Source of the DNA: Rhizaria sp. SCN 62-66
Taxonomy: Eukaryota
Direction: 5' to 3'
Assembly: GCA_001724265.1 (NCBI GenBank)
Contig: MEDY01000014.1
Span: forward strand, 124,001 to 188,000
DNA length: 64,000 bases
Of this stretch, positions 39,281 through 48,922 are shown piece after piece. A program made the position numbers and the translations under genes. The stretch's first letter is position 1. Each line of letters starts with the position of its first letter. Under the pieces are notes generated by a model. That model saw only the letters and a program-made list of their open reading frames with translations. It did not search any database and had not been told where the DNA came from.

Positions 39281-42200
39281 TTAGTAACCGCGGCGCATCT
39301 CGTGCCGATGCGCAGCGCTGTCGCCGAGCGCGGCGGCAATCCGGCTCTCAAGCAGTTGCGCTTGCCTGCGCAGCACAGCTTCATCCCTCCGCGCTGCCTC
39401 GGCCTCTGCCGCAGCGGCGTCGCGCAGCTCGCGCTCGCCGACAGCAGACCCGTCGCCAGTGCGGACTTGCGCGCGCGCGCCCTCGGCCGCAGCGCCCCAC
39501 ACGAGCCGCTCCACGCCAAGGAGATGCTGCGACTGCGCTAGCTGCGCTGCAGCGCGCTGCCGCTCGCGCCGCAACGCCTCCACGCGCGCGCTCACCGCGG
39601 CCGCTTCGCCGTGCCCGCTGCCGCCGCGTCCCGATGACAGCGCGTCGTCGTAGGTTGGCAACGCATCGCCGCGCTCAGCAGTGTCCAGCGCGGCAGCGGC
39701 GCGCGCCAGAGCCCGTCGCGCGCTAGCCTGCTCGCGGCGCGCACGGTGCACATCGTTCAGCACAGACGCTACCGTGGAGTCAACGCCCGCTAGGACGGCA
39801 ACCTGGCGCGCACGATGGAGCTCCCGTGCGCCGCGTTGTTCCGCTTGAGACTCAGCGTCCTCAGCGTCATCGGTTGCGTCAATATACGATCCATCATCAG
39901 CTGCTTGGGCGTTGAGAAGCGCGGAAATGCGGTGCGCAATGTCACCGCTTGTGGCTGCAGCAGCGGCTGCGGCGGCCGTGGTGACGGCGCCGGGCGCGCG
40001 AACGGCGGCGAACTGGCCCTTCGGAAAGCAGCCGAGCCCCAGTCCCATCGTGCCATCAGCCCGACTCATCGTCGCGCTCACGGGGCGGCGCGCGGGGGCA
40101 AGCGGACCGCGCCGCAGCCGCACTTGCGCCCGCTTAAGCTCATCATCGAGCTCGTCAGCCAGCACGCGCGCCGCCGCGACTGCCCGCGCCAACGCTTCGG
40201 GCTCAGCCTCCGGCGCACATGGCTCGCCCGCGGCTGCGGTGGCTGCAGCGGCAGCGGCTGCAGCGCGCGGCATACCTGGCCACAGGGGCAGTCCGTGTCG
40301 CCGCTGCCACGCCTCGGCAGCGCGCAGTCCCGCGCCTAACGCCGCGCCAGCGCGCGCCTCAGCCGCCGCGCGTCCGCGCCCAATTGCTGTGCTTACATCG
40401 GACGCCGGAGCAGCGTGCGCCTCACGTGGTCCGCGCGCCGTGGCCCACCGCGGCGCAGCTGCTACAAGCGCTGCGTTCTCGGCGCGGCCCTCACGGCGCT
40501 CGCATGCTTCGTCGCGCGCGCGCGCACGTGCGATAGCTTCTGCCCGGGCTGAGGCGGGGCGCGCGCGCGCGGCTGCGGCGTCAGCAATCGCGGCAACGTC
40601 TTCCTGTCCACGCAGCAGCAGCGCTAGCGCCTGCGCTTGGAAGGCGTCGGCCTCGAGGGCTGCGGCTGTTACGGCCTGCGGGGCGCGCGCGCGCTCAGCG
40701 GCCGCGACGGCCCGGGCAGCGGCAGCGCGGGCGGCGACGACAGCAGGCGCAGGCTCTGGCGGCGTGACGGGTGACTGGAAGAGATAGTCAGACGCAGGGC
40801 GCAGCGCGACCGCTGCGACAGCGCGCGCCAAAGCTAGTGCGGCGACGGGCGCCACGCGCCACGCAGTAACGGCCGCGATCCACGGCGAGTGCGCCGGCTG
40901 GTGCGCAGAAAGAGGCGTCGCGCCACCAGCGCCGGCAGCTCCCCGAGGTGCCGGCCCTGGATCGCGGGTGGACAGCGCGAGCCGCGCGCGGACGGCAACT
41001 TCGCGTCTCTGCACAGTCGCAATGCCGCTGCCGGGCGCAGAGTGCGGGAGCATCACTGCGGCCGCCAACGCGTCGCGCAGCGCAGGCTGGTGGCGCGCGA
41101 AAGTGCTCGAGCTGAGAGCAACTGTCAGCGAAAGGGGCAGCGCGTTCGTGACAGTAAGCACTGCGCCTATTGTTGCGGCACGTGCGACAGCATCGCTCAG
41201 CAGTGCGCCCGCTGCAGCCCGCGCGCGCGCTCGCGCCGCTGCGGCATCTGCAGCGGGCTCATCTGCGGGCGCAGCGAGCGCAAGGGGCGCCAACACGTGT
41301 TCCACTGCAGTCGCAAACGTTGCGACATCACCGCTGCGCCAAGCTGCCCACAGGCGCTGTAGGGCGCCACCAGGGTCCGTGTTGTCGGTGCGCGCAGGCG
41401 GATCGTCAAGAGCGCGGGCCAGTGCGCCTGGAGGCGGCGCCGGTGTCAGTGCAAGCACGGCAGCGTCGGCGTCGATGGCGGCCGCGGCGGCTATGCTTGG
41501 TGGCTCGCTAAATGCGCCTGCAGCAACGCTTGTGTTTGTCACGGCGGTTGTGGCGCTACGAGGTAGAGCGTTAAGCGATGCGCTGTGCAGCAATACCGCA
41601 CCGGATGCAAGGCCCGCAGCTGTTAGTTCACCCAACAGCTCCGATTGATCGTTCTTGAAATTGCTCACAGGAGCCAGGCAGAGGGTCACAAGCGGTGTGA
41701 TAGGCAGCGCACCGGGCGCGGATGCGAGCGCAAGCGGCGAGCAGTACTGTAACAAGTGCCCGGCGTGCGCCCGCAGAAACGCGTCGCGCGGGTCACCGTC
41801 AGCAGCAGAGGCCACTGGTGCAAGCGCGGCCGCTGGCAGCGGAACTACCAGGCCACGGCGCGCCGCAGACGTCAAGAAGCCACCAACGGCGCGCGCCGCG
41901 GCGTCGCCGCCGTCAGCAGCCTCAGATAAGCGCACAGGCACGCCCATCGCGCTGCTATGCAAACTCGCCGCAGCGGGGGCCAGCCCCGCAGTCGTCGTAG
42001 CAGGCAGCGCTGTCGGAGCTGCAGTCAATGCAGCGCCCGTATCTGTTGTCGTGACAGACGGCACTGTGACCTCAAGCCCCCCAGCAAGCACACGGCCACG
42101 TGCGCCGGCGGCATGGGGCCACGTAGCGTGCGGCGGCGCGTCGGCAGCGCAGGGCACGCCGTCGGTAAGCGCGGCAGCGGACGACAGCGCAACGCCGTCG

Positions 42201-45200
42201 CGCAGTCGCGTGTACACAAGCGCGCCCGAAGCGTCCGATGACACGAGCAAGGTGGCGCCCGCTGCTAGGGCTTCCGCGGCAGCGCTGCCTGCCGTCAAGA
42301 TGGACGCGGGTCGGCCTTGCGAGAAAGAAAGCGCGACTACAGGCGCCGTGTGCGCACGCACAACGCAGTGCAGGCGTGCGCGGAATGCACCCGCACGGGG
42401 CTTGAAGTTATCAGCAACTGTGGCGCCAACTTGCACCACCGTCACGACGCATGGGCTCAGCGCGGAGCCAACAGTGAGCGTTGAGGCGGCACCGCCAGAG
42501 GGGCCAGCACCAGGCAGCGCCTGCGGCAGCCGGTGCGCAAGACCCAGCGCGTAAAGCTGCCGCAGCGCGCCGTCACCGCGACTCGGCGTTTGCTCACTCG
42601 TGCGAGGTGCGGGCGCGAGTGCAGAGAGCAGAAGCTCTGCGCCCGGGGGCTGCCAGTCAGCAGCGCGGGTGGCGACTGCGAGAAAGCAGCCGCACGGCGA
42701 CAGCGCCAGTGCACCAATGCCCAGTCCCAAATCCGCCAGCACAGGTACAGCAGCACGTACGGCCGCCAATGGAACAACATTTTTCTTATCAGCGTTGCGT
42801 CGATCATCATCCTCGCATGGGTTTCCTGCGTCAGAGTCTGAGTCGGAGAGATCCTTCAGATTGAGCTCTGTCACCCCAGGTCTGCCGCCCGCACCACGCA
42901 ACAGCACTGCCGGCTCAGCGGGCGGGCGTAGGCCTTGCAGCGGTGTAATGTCGTCGCTGCGCCGAGCGCTATTTAGTCCAAACGCGGTCGCTGCCGAGCC
43001 TTCACGCAACATCGGTAAAGGTGACCCACTTGAATTCAATGAGCCCGCGCGCGACAGCAACCGCGGCTGTAGCAGCTCACTTGCGGAGAATGCCGACGGC
43101 GCGTTAGCCCTCTCGCGCGCAACAACAACGTGAAGCTCCTGCAGCAACACTCGCTGCAGCGCGCTCTGTCGCGCCCATGCAGCCCACGCCACACGTTCAC
43201 GCGGCCCACACACAAGTTGCGGCAACGAAAAGGCCAACAGCGGTTGCAGCGCTGGCAAAGATAACAACGCAATCTGTCCACTGGCAAGTCCAACTGCAAG
43301 GCAGTCGCGCCGTAAGCGATTCGATCCGTTGCTACCAGGCGGCGTGTTCGAAACAATCAACGCACCAGCGACCGCTGCAGTTGCGGCAGCAGGCAAGAGC
43401 GCGCCACGCGGCAGCGTTGCGAGTGTGGACGAGTCAAGAAGCTCCACGTGCGTCCACGCCGGCACTGGCTCCGAGATCTTAGTCTCGTCCGCAAGAGGCA
43501 CGACTGTCTCGCGAGCAAAGCGCGGGTTGAAGCTGACCGTAAGCAGAGCAGCAAGCGGGAGAGTAGGGTGTGGGGCCAGCGCCGCCACACGCATCGCAGA
43601 CGACACACACGGCAACGGCTTCTCTGCATGTGCGCTCGCAACCGCGGACGCAGGGAAGAGCGGCGTGAGCGCGCCTGTGGCAGGAGACAGCAAGTGCAAG
43701 CGCCCACCTGCGGAGCCCACCACAAACGCGCCTGGCACATGTACGCGCGCAGCCGCAGCCCAAGTGCGCGTACTAGCGCCGCCGCGAAGGTTCGCAAGCT
43801 GGGGCGGCGGCGCAGGCAGAGACACAGCTTCCGAGTGTGCACCCAAATGCGTGATCGATGCCACGCACGCAAGCGAGGTCCGCGCACACAGACATCCACT
43901 CAGCGCAGCAGCTGCGTCCTTCGTATCAGTGCTGCCCTTGTTGGAGTCATCGCCAGCAAGCGTGGCAACGGCCTCAGCACGCACACACAGCGCCGCGGCA
44001 ACGTCGAACGCGGCTACAGGCTCCAGCACCCAGCCCTTGCGCGCGCCCGCCGCAGCCGCAGCGGGGCCCGCTGCGCGCAGTTGCCAGAGCACAATACGGC
44101 CGTCAGCGCCCGCGGACGCAAATCCATGCGGCGCGGCAGCTAGTGCAGTGACGGGGCAGTGTGCGTCTTTTGTGTCGAACCCGTGCTGGTTTTGCGTGTG
44201 AGTGTGGGCGTAGGCGTACGCGTGCGCAAGCACAGTGTGGACGCAGCGGCCGCGGCGCCACAGGTGCAACCGTCCCCACGCGTCGCCCACCACCGCTACC
44301 GCGGGCTCGCCGTCGTCATCAGAGGCCGTCGCCGTCGAAGCCGCAGCAAAGGGCGCAGAAGGGTGGAACGCGGACCGCGCAGTGCGGACAGTGCGAGCAC
44401 CCTCAGGCGCGGCAGAAACTAACGCGGACTCGCCGCGCGCGGGGCGGACAGCAGCAGGCGGGCGCGCGCGCGAAATCACGAGCAATGCAGTCGCGAGCGG
44501 AGCGCCCCAGGGCAGCGCAGCGAGCGCGCGCGCAGCGGCGGGGCTCATCGTCGCCGCGTGCGCCGCAGAGTAGGCCGCATACAGGTCATCGTTGCCGACG
44601 GCAGCGCTGTCGCCGCCAGGCAGGGGCGTGGCTGTCGCCGCGGTCGAAAACAGCGACTGCTTGCGGCGCAGCGCGGCCGAGCGAGCCTGCGACATCGGTG
44701 TGGCGCTTCCAGGGGAGGTCATCGGTGTGCCTACGAGCGGACTGGCGGGGAACGCGCCGAGTTCGCCAGGCCCGCGCATCGGCGTCAGCGGCACGCGCAA
44801 CGGGGTGGGAGCGCCAGAGCCAAACACGGGCGTTGGCGCCCACCGCGGCGTTGAAGGCACTGTCGATCCCGAAAGTGGTGTCGCAGGCACACGCGGCCGC
44901 TGCGCAAAGGGGCTCGAGGGCTCCCACTCTGTCGCGCCATCAGCGGTCGAGACAGTATCAGCTGGGGTGGTGCCTTCGTTTATCGGCGAGTCGCCACAGC
45001 TGCACACGCCGGGGCGCGCAACAGGCGGCGGCGCGGGTGCGGCGGCGGCGCTCACGGTCACCACAGGTCCTGCCACGTCGATGGCGCGCACAGCGCCACC
45101 CGCAGAGGTGAGTGTGAGCGCGCATCGCACCACACGCGCCGGAGAGCCGCCTCTGGCAGCAGAAACTGACGCAGTGGCGTTTTCCGATGCAGCTGTGAAC

Positions 45201-48200
45201 TCAACGCCCGTGACAGGTTCGCCGCCAAGTGCGACCGCGGCCTCAAGCGAGCAAAAGGGCCCATCCTGCGCGGGCGGTGGCGGCGGCGCACCGGGGGCAA
45301 GGCGTTGCGGCAGAGTAAGTGAACGCGGGCGCAGACGGTAGAGCAATAAGTACCACTCTTTGACTGGCTCGCAGCCCGCAACAGCGGCCGCGCATGACAT
45401 GCCTTCAAGCGCCGCGCCGCGCGCCTCGTTTTCCGCCGCCATGGCAGCGGCGGTAGAGCCAGTGGCTCGCCCACCGCACTTTTCACACGGCGCGGGGGCT
45501 GCAGCGCCGTGTCTGCTCGGAGCACGCGCCGGGTCGCGCAGCCAGTACTCGTCGCTTTGCAGCGCTGTGAAACACTCACTGCGCACAGAGACGCCAGCGG
45601 CGTCGGTGCGGCGGTCAGCGCGGTACGGCTGCCATCCGCTGCGGCGGCGCAACTCGGCCCACAATCCGCTAGAACCGGGCCCACCAGCGGCCGCGGCCGC
45701 CGCGCCACCGTCGTAGTCGACCGCGACGCAGTCCGTGCGCACTGCAGCGGCGCTGGCGGCGGCAACGGGCCCGCAGCGCGCGCAGCCGCTCTCGTGCACG
45801 CACGAGCGGCGCTGTGAGGGCGGCGGCAGAGCGGGCGCGCGCAGCTGCGGGCGCAGCGTTCCGGTCGCAGCGTCGGTCTCCGCGCGCGACCCCTCAGGCA
45901 CTGACGCGGAGGATGCTGCAACGGGGGCAGCGGCGGTGGAAAGCACTGCTGGATGCGGCAGCAGCGGTGACACTGCTGCAGCGACTGTATTGTCTGTTTT
46001 AGTGGCAGCCGCAGCGGTGGTGGAGCAGGGGCAGGCGTAGCCGTGCGCTGTGACGCCTCCAGCCCACGCCGCAGCGAGCGCCTCCGTGGCTGCGGCCTCT
46101 GCCGCCGCAGCGGCCGCAGGCGAAATCGCGCGCGCCGGCTGCTGCGACGGCGCAAGCGTCGCCAGCAGCGCCAGTCCGCCGCGAGCGTCAAGCGCCCACT
46201 GTTCCCCGCCCTCAGGCTCCTCGTCAAGCTGTGCCGCAGCCGCGGCCACAGCAGCGGCGCAGCCGGACGGCACGAGCGTAACGCCCTGGCTGCCGCGCGC
46301 GCGGGGCGGGGCGGCGACCGGCAGGCCGCCAAACCGGTACCCCACAACAGCCAGCAGCACTGGAGGCTCGGAGTCCGCAGCGTCGCTGTCAGCGGCTGTG
46401 GCGGCCGGCAGCGGTGCGCTCGCCACGACGCGTGTAGCGTAGTGCAATGGCAACGGCATCGTGCACTGCGCCCACCCCACGGCCGCAACAGGGCCCGGCC
46501 CGACTCCTCCGCCGCCGCGGCCGCTGCTTTTGCTGACTTCGGCGACGGCTGTGACGGCGACGGCCGTGCGCAGCGAGTCGGGACACCACAGCCGCAGCTC
46601 CGCGGCCAGCGGCAGGAACGGGGTCGCCGCCCACCGCGCCAGCGCCAGCGGCGACAGCGCCGGCGGTCCGGCCGCACCGGCGCCGCCATTGGTGCCAGGG
46701 TTCCTCACGGCGCCAGCAGCAGGCCGCAGCGGAGCGCTCACGGCAGCGTACAGACCCGCGATGTACGCAGCGCCGTCCGCGATTAGGGCAGCAGCGGCTG
46801 GTGCAGCAGTCGACGGTGGCGGCGACGACTGCACGCGCAGCGCTGCGTAATGCGCGGGCTCGGGCAGCGGCGGCAACGCGGCGCCGGAGGACGCGCCTAC
46901 AGCCGCAGCGGTCGCACCGGTGCCTGTGCGCGTCTGCGCGTCCGCCAGTGCCGCGAGCGTCTCCAGCAGCGCGCGCCCGTGCAGCGCAGCGGCGCACACG
47001 CCCGCGCATGCAGCGCAGTCCACTGCAGCGGGCGTGCCGGGTGCGGTGCCAGCGAGCGCGGCTGCGGCGCCTGTGAGCGTGGCTGCGATGGCTGCAGCGG
47101 GACAGCGCGCGTCCGCACCGCCCAATCTCGCGACGGTTGTAAGAGCGGCGTCGTGCGCACAGGCGACGCACACGCGCGAGAGGTTCACTGCGCGACGCCG
47201 CGCAACGGAGACAACGAGCGAGCCCGCGGGAAGCGCGTCTGTCGCCCCCGCGTTCACGTCAGAGTCTGCGCTGCGAGTGCCCGCAACGGTCAATGAAGAG
47301 CGTGGTGATGAGGCTGTGGCGCGGCGAGGAATCGTGGCCATCGTGGTAACGTTGTCGCCGTGGCCGCGGTACCAGTGCTGCTGCGGGGCGCCGTTGCGCG
47401 CGGCTGTCACCGCGACGTCGACAGCCGCCGCTGCCCCGCGCCAATTCGCGCCGCCAGCCGTGTCGTTGCTGTTGGCGTCGGTGGGCGACACGGTGAGATA
47501 AAGCGGTAGACTCAGACGCACGACAGCGCGCCCCGCGGCAAACAGCAGCCTGCGCAGCGCCGTCGCGCCCCACGCCTCGCCGGAGAGCGCGTCGCTGTTG
47601 CTGTTGCGGTCAGCCGGAGGCAGTGGGTGACTGGCGAGGGCGACAACGCCTGCGTCGAGGATCGTGGCGCACGAGGGCGCGGAGACCACGGCGACGGGCG
47701 CGACGGCCGCGCCGCCATAAGCTGCAACACCGCCGCCAAGCGCAGCCACGGGACCAGCTACCGCCGCGTCGCTGAGCAGAAAGGCGTCGGTGGTCGTCGT
47801 GGAGCGGCTCGCGAATGGGAAGCGCGCCGGCAATGTTGCAGTCGCGATAGGTTCTCCCGCGACCGCGGCTGCGACAAACTCGGGGACGTGGTGCGCTGGA
47901 AGCACGAAAGGCACTGCTGCGGCAGAAGGCGCGGCCGCAGCGCCGGCAGCGAGCCGGTATGCGCCCAGACGCGGGCCGGCGACCGCGGGATCGAACGGCG
48001 GTCCACGCGCTGCTTCTCCAGCTGCAGGTATCAAGACGCCTGTATCGGGCACGGCGGCGTGAACACGCGCGACGGACTGCGGGGCAAACCCATTAGAGGA
48101 AGACTCCTCGTCGACAAAGTGGACAACGCGGCTGCGGTCGCGCTCACGGTCACGGCTGCGCGGTTCATCGCGGATACGACCATGTTCGCTGTCTCGAATT

Positions 48201-48445
48201 TGGTCAACGTTGCGGTTGCGAGCGCTGTAGTCGGGAGTGCGCGATGAGGTGGACTCAACATAGGCACTCTGCAGGCGGCGCGCAGAGCGCATGGTCTCAT
48301 CAAGGGCACGGGTATCTCGTGCAGGGAGCTGGGCACGGGGTGGTGAGCTGTGCTGCCGCGAAGACGACGTTTGCTGCGAGCGAACGGTTTCCGCCAGCGC
48401 CGGGTTCCCTCGCGACTTGCGGAGTGTGCCCTGCCACGATTGCAT
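39281..48445 (-). CDS. Intronless 3054-aa Ala-rich protein with dispersed WD40 repeats (EML/EMAP-like) and C-terminal coiled coil
   Basis: Uninterrupted 9.2-kb ORF. WD-like islands VVGDAWGRLHLW...CVHTVLAH, FASAGADGRIVLW, VAALAPHPT, LAVGLASG, ALALSPCGCFLAVAT and AHTAPVVALSFS appear in the order seen in EML propellers. The C-terminus is R/E/A/Q-rich. The family call is tentative. Confidence 0.55.
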   Translation of the reverse strand: MQSWQGTLRKSRGNPALAETVRSQQTSSSRQHSSPPRAQLPARDTRALDETMRSARRLQSAYVESTSSRTPDYSARNRNVDQIRDSEHGRIRDEPRSRDRERDRSRVVHFVDEESSSNGFAPQSVARVHAAVPDTGVLIPAAGEAARGPPFDPAVAGPRLGAYRLAAGAAAAPSAAAVPFVLPAHHVPEFVAAAVAGEPIATATLPARFPFASRSTTTTDAFLLSDAAVAGPVAALGGGVAAYGGAAVAPVAVVSAPSCATILDAGVVALASHPLPPADRNSNSDALSGEAWGATALRRLLFAAGRAVVRLSLPLYLTVSPTDANSNDTAGGANWRGAAAAVDVAVTAARNGAPQQHWYRGHGDNVTTMATIPRRATASSPRSSLTVAGTRSADSDVNAGATDALPAGSLVVSVARRRAVNLSRVCVACAHDAALTTVARLGGADARCPAAAIAATLTGAAAALAGTAPGTPAAVDCAACAGVCAAALHGRALLETLAALADAQTRTGTGATAAAVGASSGAALPPLPEPAHYAALRVQSSPPPSTAAPAAAALIADGAAYIAGLYAAVSAPLRPAAGAVRNPGTNGGAGAAGPPALSPLALARWAATPFLPLAAELRLWCPDSLRTAVAVTAVAEVSKSSGRGGGGVGPGPVAAVGWAQCTMPLPLHYATRVVASAPLPAATAADSDAADSEPPVLLAVVGYRFGGLPVAAPPRARGSQGVTLVPSGCAAAVAAAAAQLDEEPEGGEQWALDARGGLALLATLAPSQQPARAISPAAAAAAEAAATEALAAAWAGGVTAHGYACPCSTTAAAATKTDNTVAAAVSPLLPHPAVLSTAAAPVAASSASVPEGSRAETDAATGTLRPQLRAPALPPPSQRRSCVHESGCARCGPVAAASAAAVRTDCVAVDYDGGAAAAAAGGPGSSGLWAELRRRSGWQPYRADRRTDAAGVSVRSECFTALQSDEYWLRDPARAPSRHGAAAPAPCEKCGGRATGSTAAAMAAENEARGAALEGMSCAAAVAGCEPVKEWYLLLYRLRPRSLTLPQRLAPGAPPPPPAQDGPFCSLEAAVALGGEPVTGVEFTAASENATASVSAARGGSPARVVRCALTLTSAGGAVRAIDVAGPVVTVSAAAAPAPPPVARPGVCSCGDSPINEGTTPADTVSTADGATEWEPSSPFAQRPRVPATPLSGSTVPSTPRWAPTPVFGSGAPTPLRVPLTPMRGPGELGAFPASPLVGTPMTSPGSATPMSQARSAALRRKQSLFSTAATATPLPGGDSAAVGNDDLYAAYSAAHAATMSPAAARALAALPWGAPLATALLVISRARPPAAVRPARGESALVSAAPEGARTVRTARSAFHPSAPFAAASTATASDDDGEPAVAVVGDAWGRLHLWRRGRCVHTVLAHAYAYAHTHTQNQHGFDTKDAHCPVTALAAAPHGFASAGADGRIVLWQLRAAGPAAAAAGARKGWVLEPVAAFDVAAALCVRAEAVATLAGDDSNKGSTDTKDAAAALSGCLCARTSLACVASITHLGAHSEAVSLPAPPPQLANLRGGASTRTWAAAARVHVPGAFVVGSAGGRLHLLSPATGALTPLFPASAVASAHAEKPLPCVSSAMRVAALAPHPTLPLAALLTVSFNPRFARETVVPLADETKISEPVPAWTHVELLDSSTLATLPRGALLPAAATAAVAGALIVSNTPPGSNGSNRLRRDCLAVGLASGQIALLSLPALQPLLAFSLPQLVCGPRERVAWAAWARQSALQRVLLQELHVVVARERANAPSAFSASELLQPRLLSRAGSLNSSGSPLPMLREGSAATAFGLNSARRSDDITPLQGLRPPAEPAVLLRGAGGRPGVTELNLKDLSDSDSDAGNPCEDDDRRNADKKNVVPLAAVRAAVPVLADLGLGIGALALSPCGCFLAVATRAADWQPPGAELLLSALAPAPRTSEQTPSRGDGALRQLYALGLAHRLPQALPGAGPSGGAASTLTVGSALSPCVVTVVQVGATVADNFKPRAGAFRARLHCVVRAHTAPVVALSFSQGRPASILTAGSAAAEALAAGATLLVSSDASGALVYTRLRDGVALSSAAALTDGVPCAADAPPHATWPHAAGARGRVLAGGLEVTVPSVTTTDTGAALTAAPTALPATTTAGLAPAAASLHSSAMGVPVRLSEAADGGDAAARAVGGFLTSAARRGLVVPLPAAALAPVASAADGDPRDAFLRAHAGHLLQYCSPLALASAPGALPITPLVTLCLAPVSNFKNDQSELLGELTAAGLASGAVLLHSASLNALPRSATTAVTNTSVAAGAFSEPPSIAAAAAIDADAAVLALTPAPPPGALARALDDPPARTDNTDPGGALQRLWAAWRSGDVATFATAVEHVLAPLALAAPADEPAADAAAARARARAAAGALLSDAVARAATIGAVLTVTNALPLSLTVALSSSTFARHQPALRDALAAAVMLPHSAPGSGIATVQRREVAVRARLALSTRDPGPAPRGAAGAGGATPLSAHQPAHSPWIAAVTAWRVAPVAALALARAVAAVALRPASDYLFQSPVTPPEPAPAVVAARAAAARAVAAAERARAPQAVTAAALEADAFQAQALALLLRGQEDVAAIADAAAARARPASARAEAIARARARDEACERREGRAENAALVAAAPRWATARGPREAHAAPASDVSTAIGRGRAAAEARAGAALGAGLRAAEAWQRRHGLPLWPGMPRAAAAAAAATAAAGEPCAPEAEPEALARAVAAARVLADELDDELKRAQVRLRRGPLAPARRPVSATMSRADGTMGLGLGCFPKGQFAAVRAPGAVTTAAAAAAAATSGDIAHRISALLNAQAADDGSYIDATDDAEDAESQAEQRGARELHRARQVAVLAGVDSTVASVLNDVHRARREQASARRALARAAAALDTAERGDALPTYDDALSSGRGGSGHGEAAAVSARVEALRRERQRAAAQLAQSQHLLGVERLVWGAAAEGARAQVRTGDGSAVGERELRDAAAAEAEAARRDEAVLRRQAQLLESRIAAALGDSAAHRHEMRRGY

Positions 48446-48922
48446 CGTAGCAAAGCGAAATCAGTGTAACTGTGCAATTACTTCTAAATAAGTGCCCCGT
48501 AACTTTAGTTTAGCTTCCGGGTATGTGTGCCAGGCTGAGGTTGTAGCTTGCGATAAGCTAGCGACCCACACCAGCATTGAGAGATCGAAAAAGAGGTGGT
48601 TGTACATGTAAGAAAGTACCATAGAAAGTATTATTAGCAACAAATATATAAAACCATTATTTAAATGATATATTCAAATGGGTAGTTCAGCGACGGAAAC
48701 TGCACCGAGTTTCAGGCTCAAGCAATAAGGAGAAAAACGGTCATGTTCCTACAGGCAGAGCGCTGAAAGCGACAGAAACAGAACTCCGGAGTTTTCAGGA
48801 ATAAGACAGGTCACGTTACAATTAAAGTCTGTGTATGCGGTTTAAACCAAGTCATTTATATACATTCAAACCCACCGAACTGAGGAAATACATCATACTT
48901 ACACTGAGTACAAGTCCCGCGC

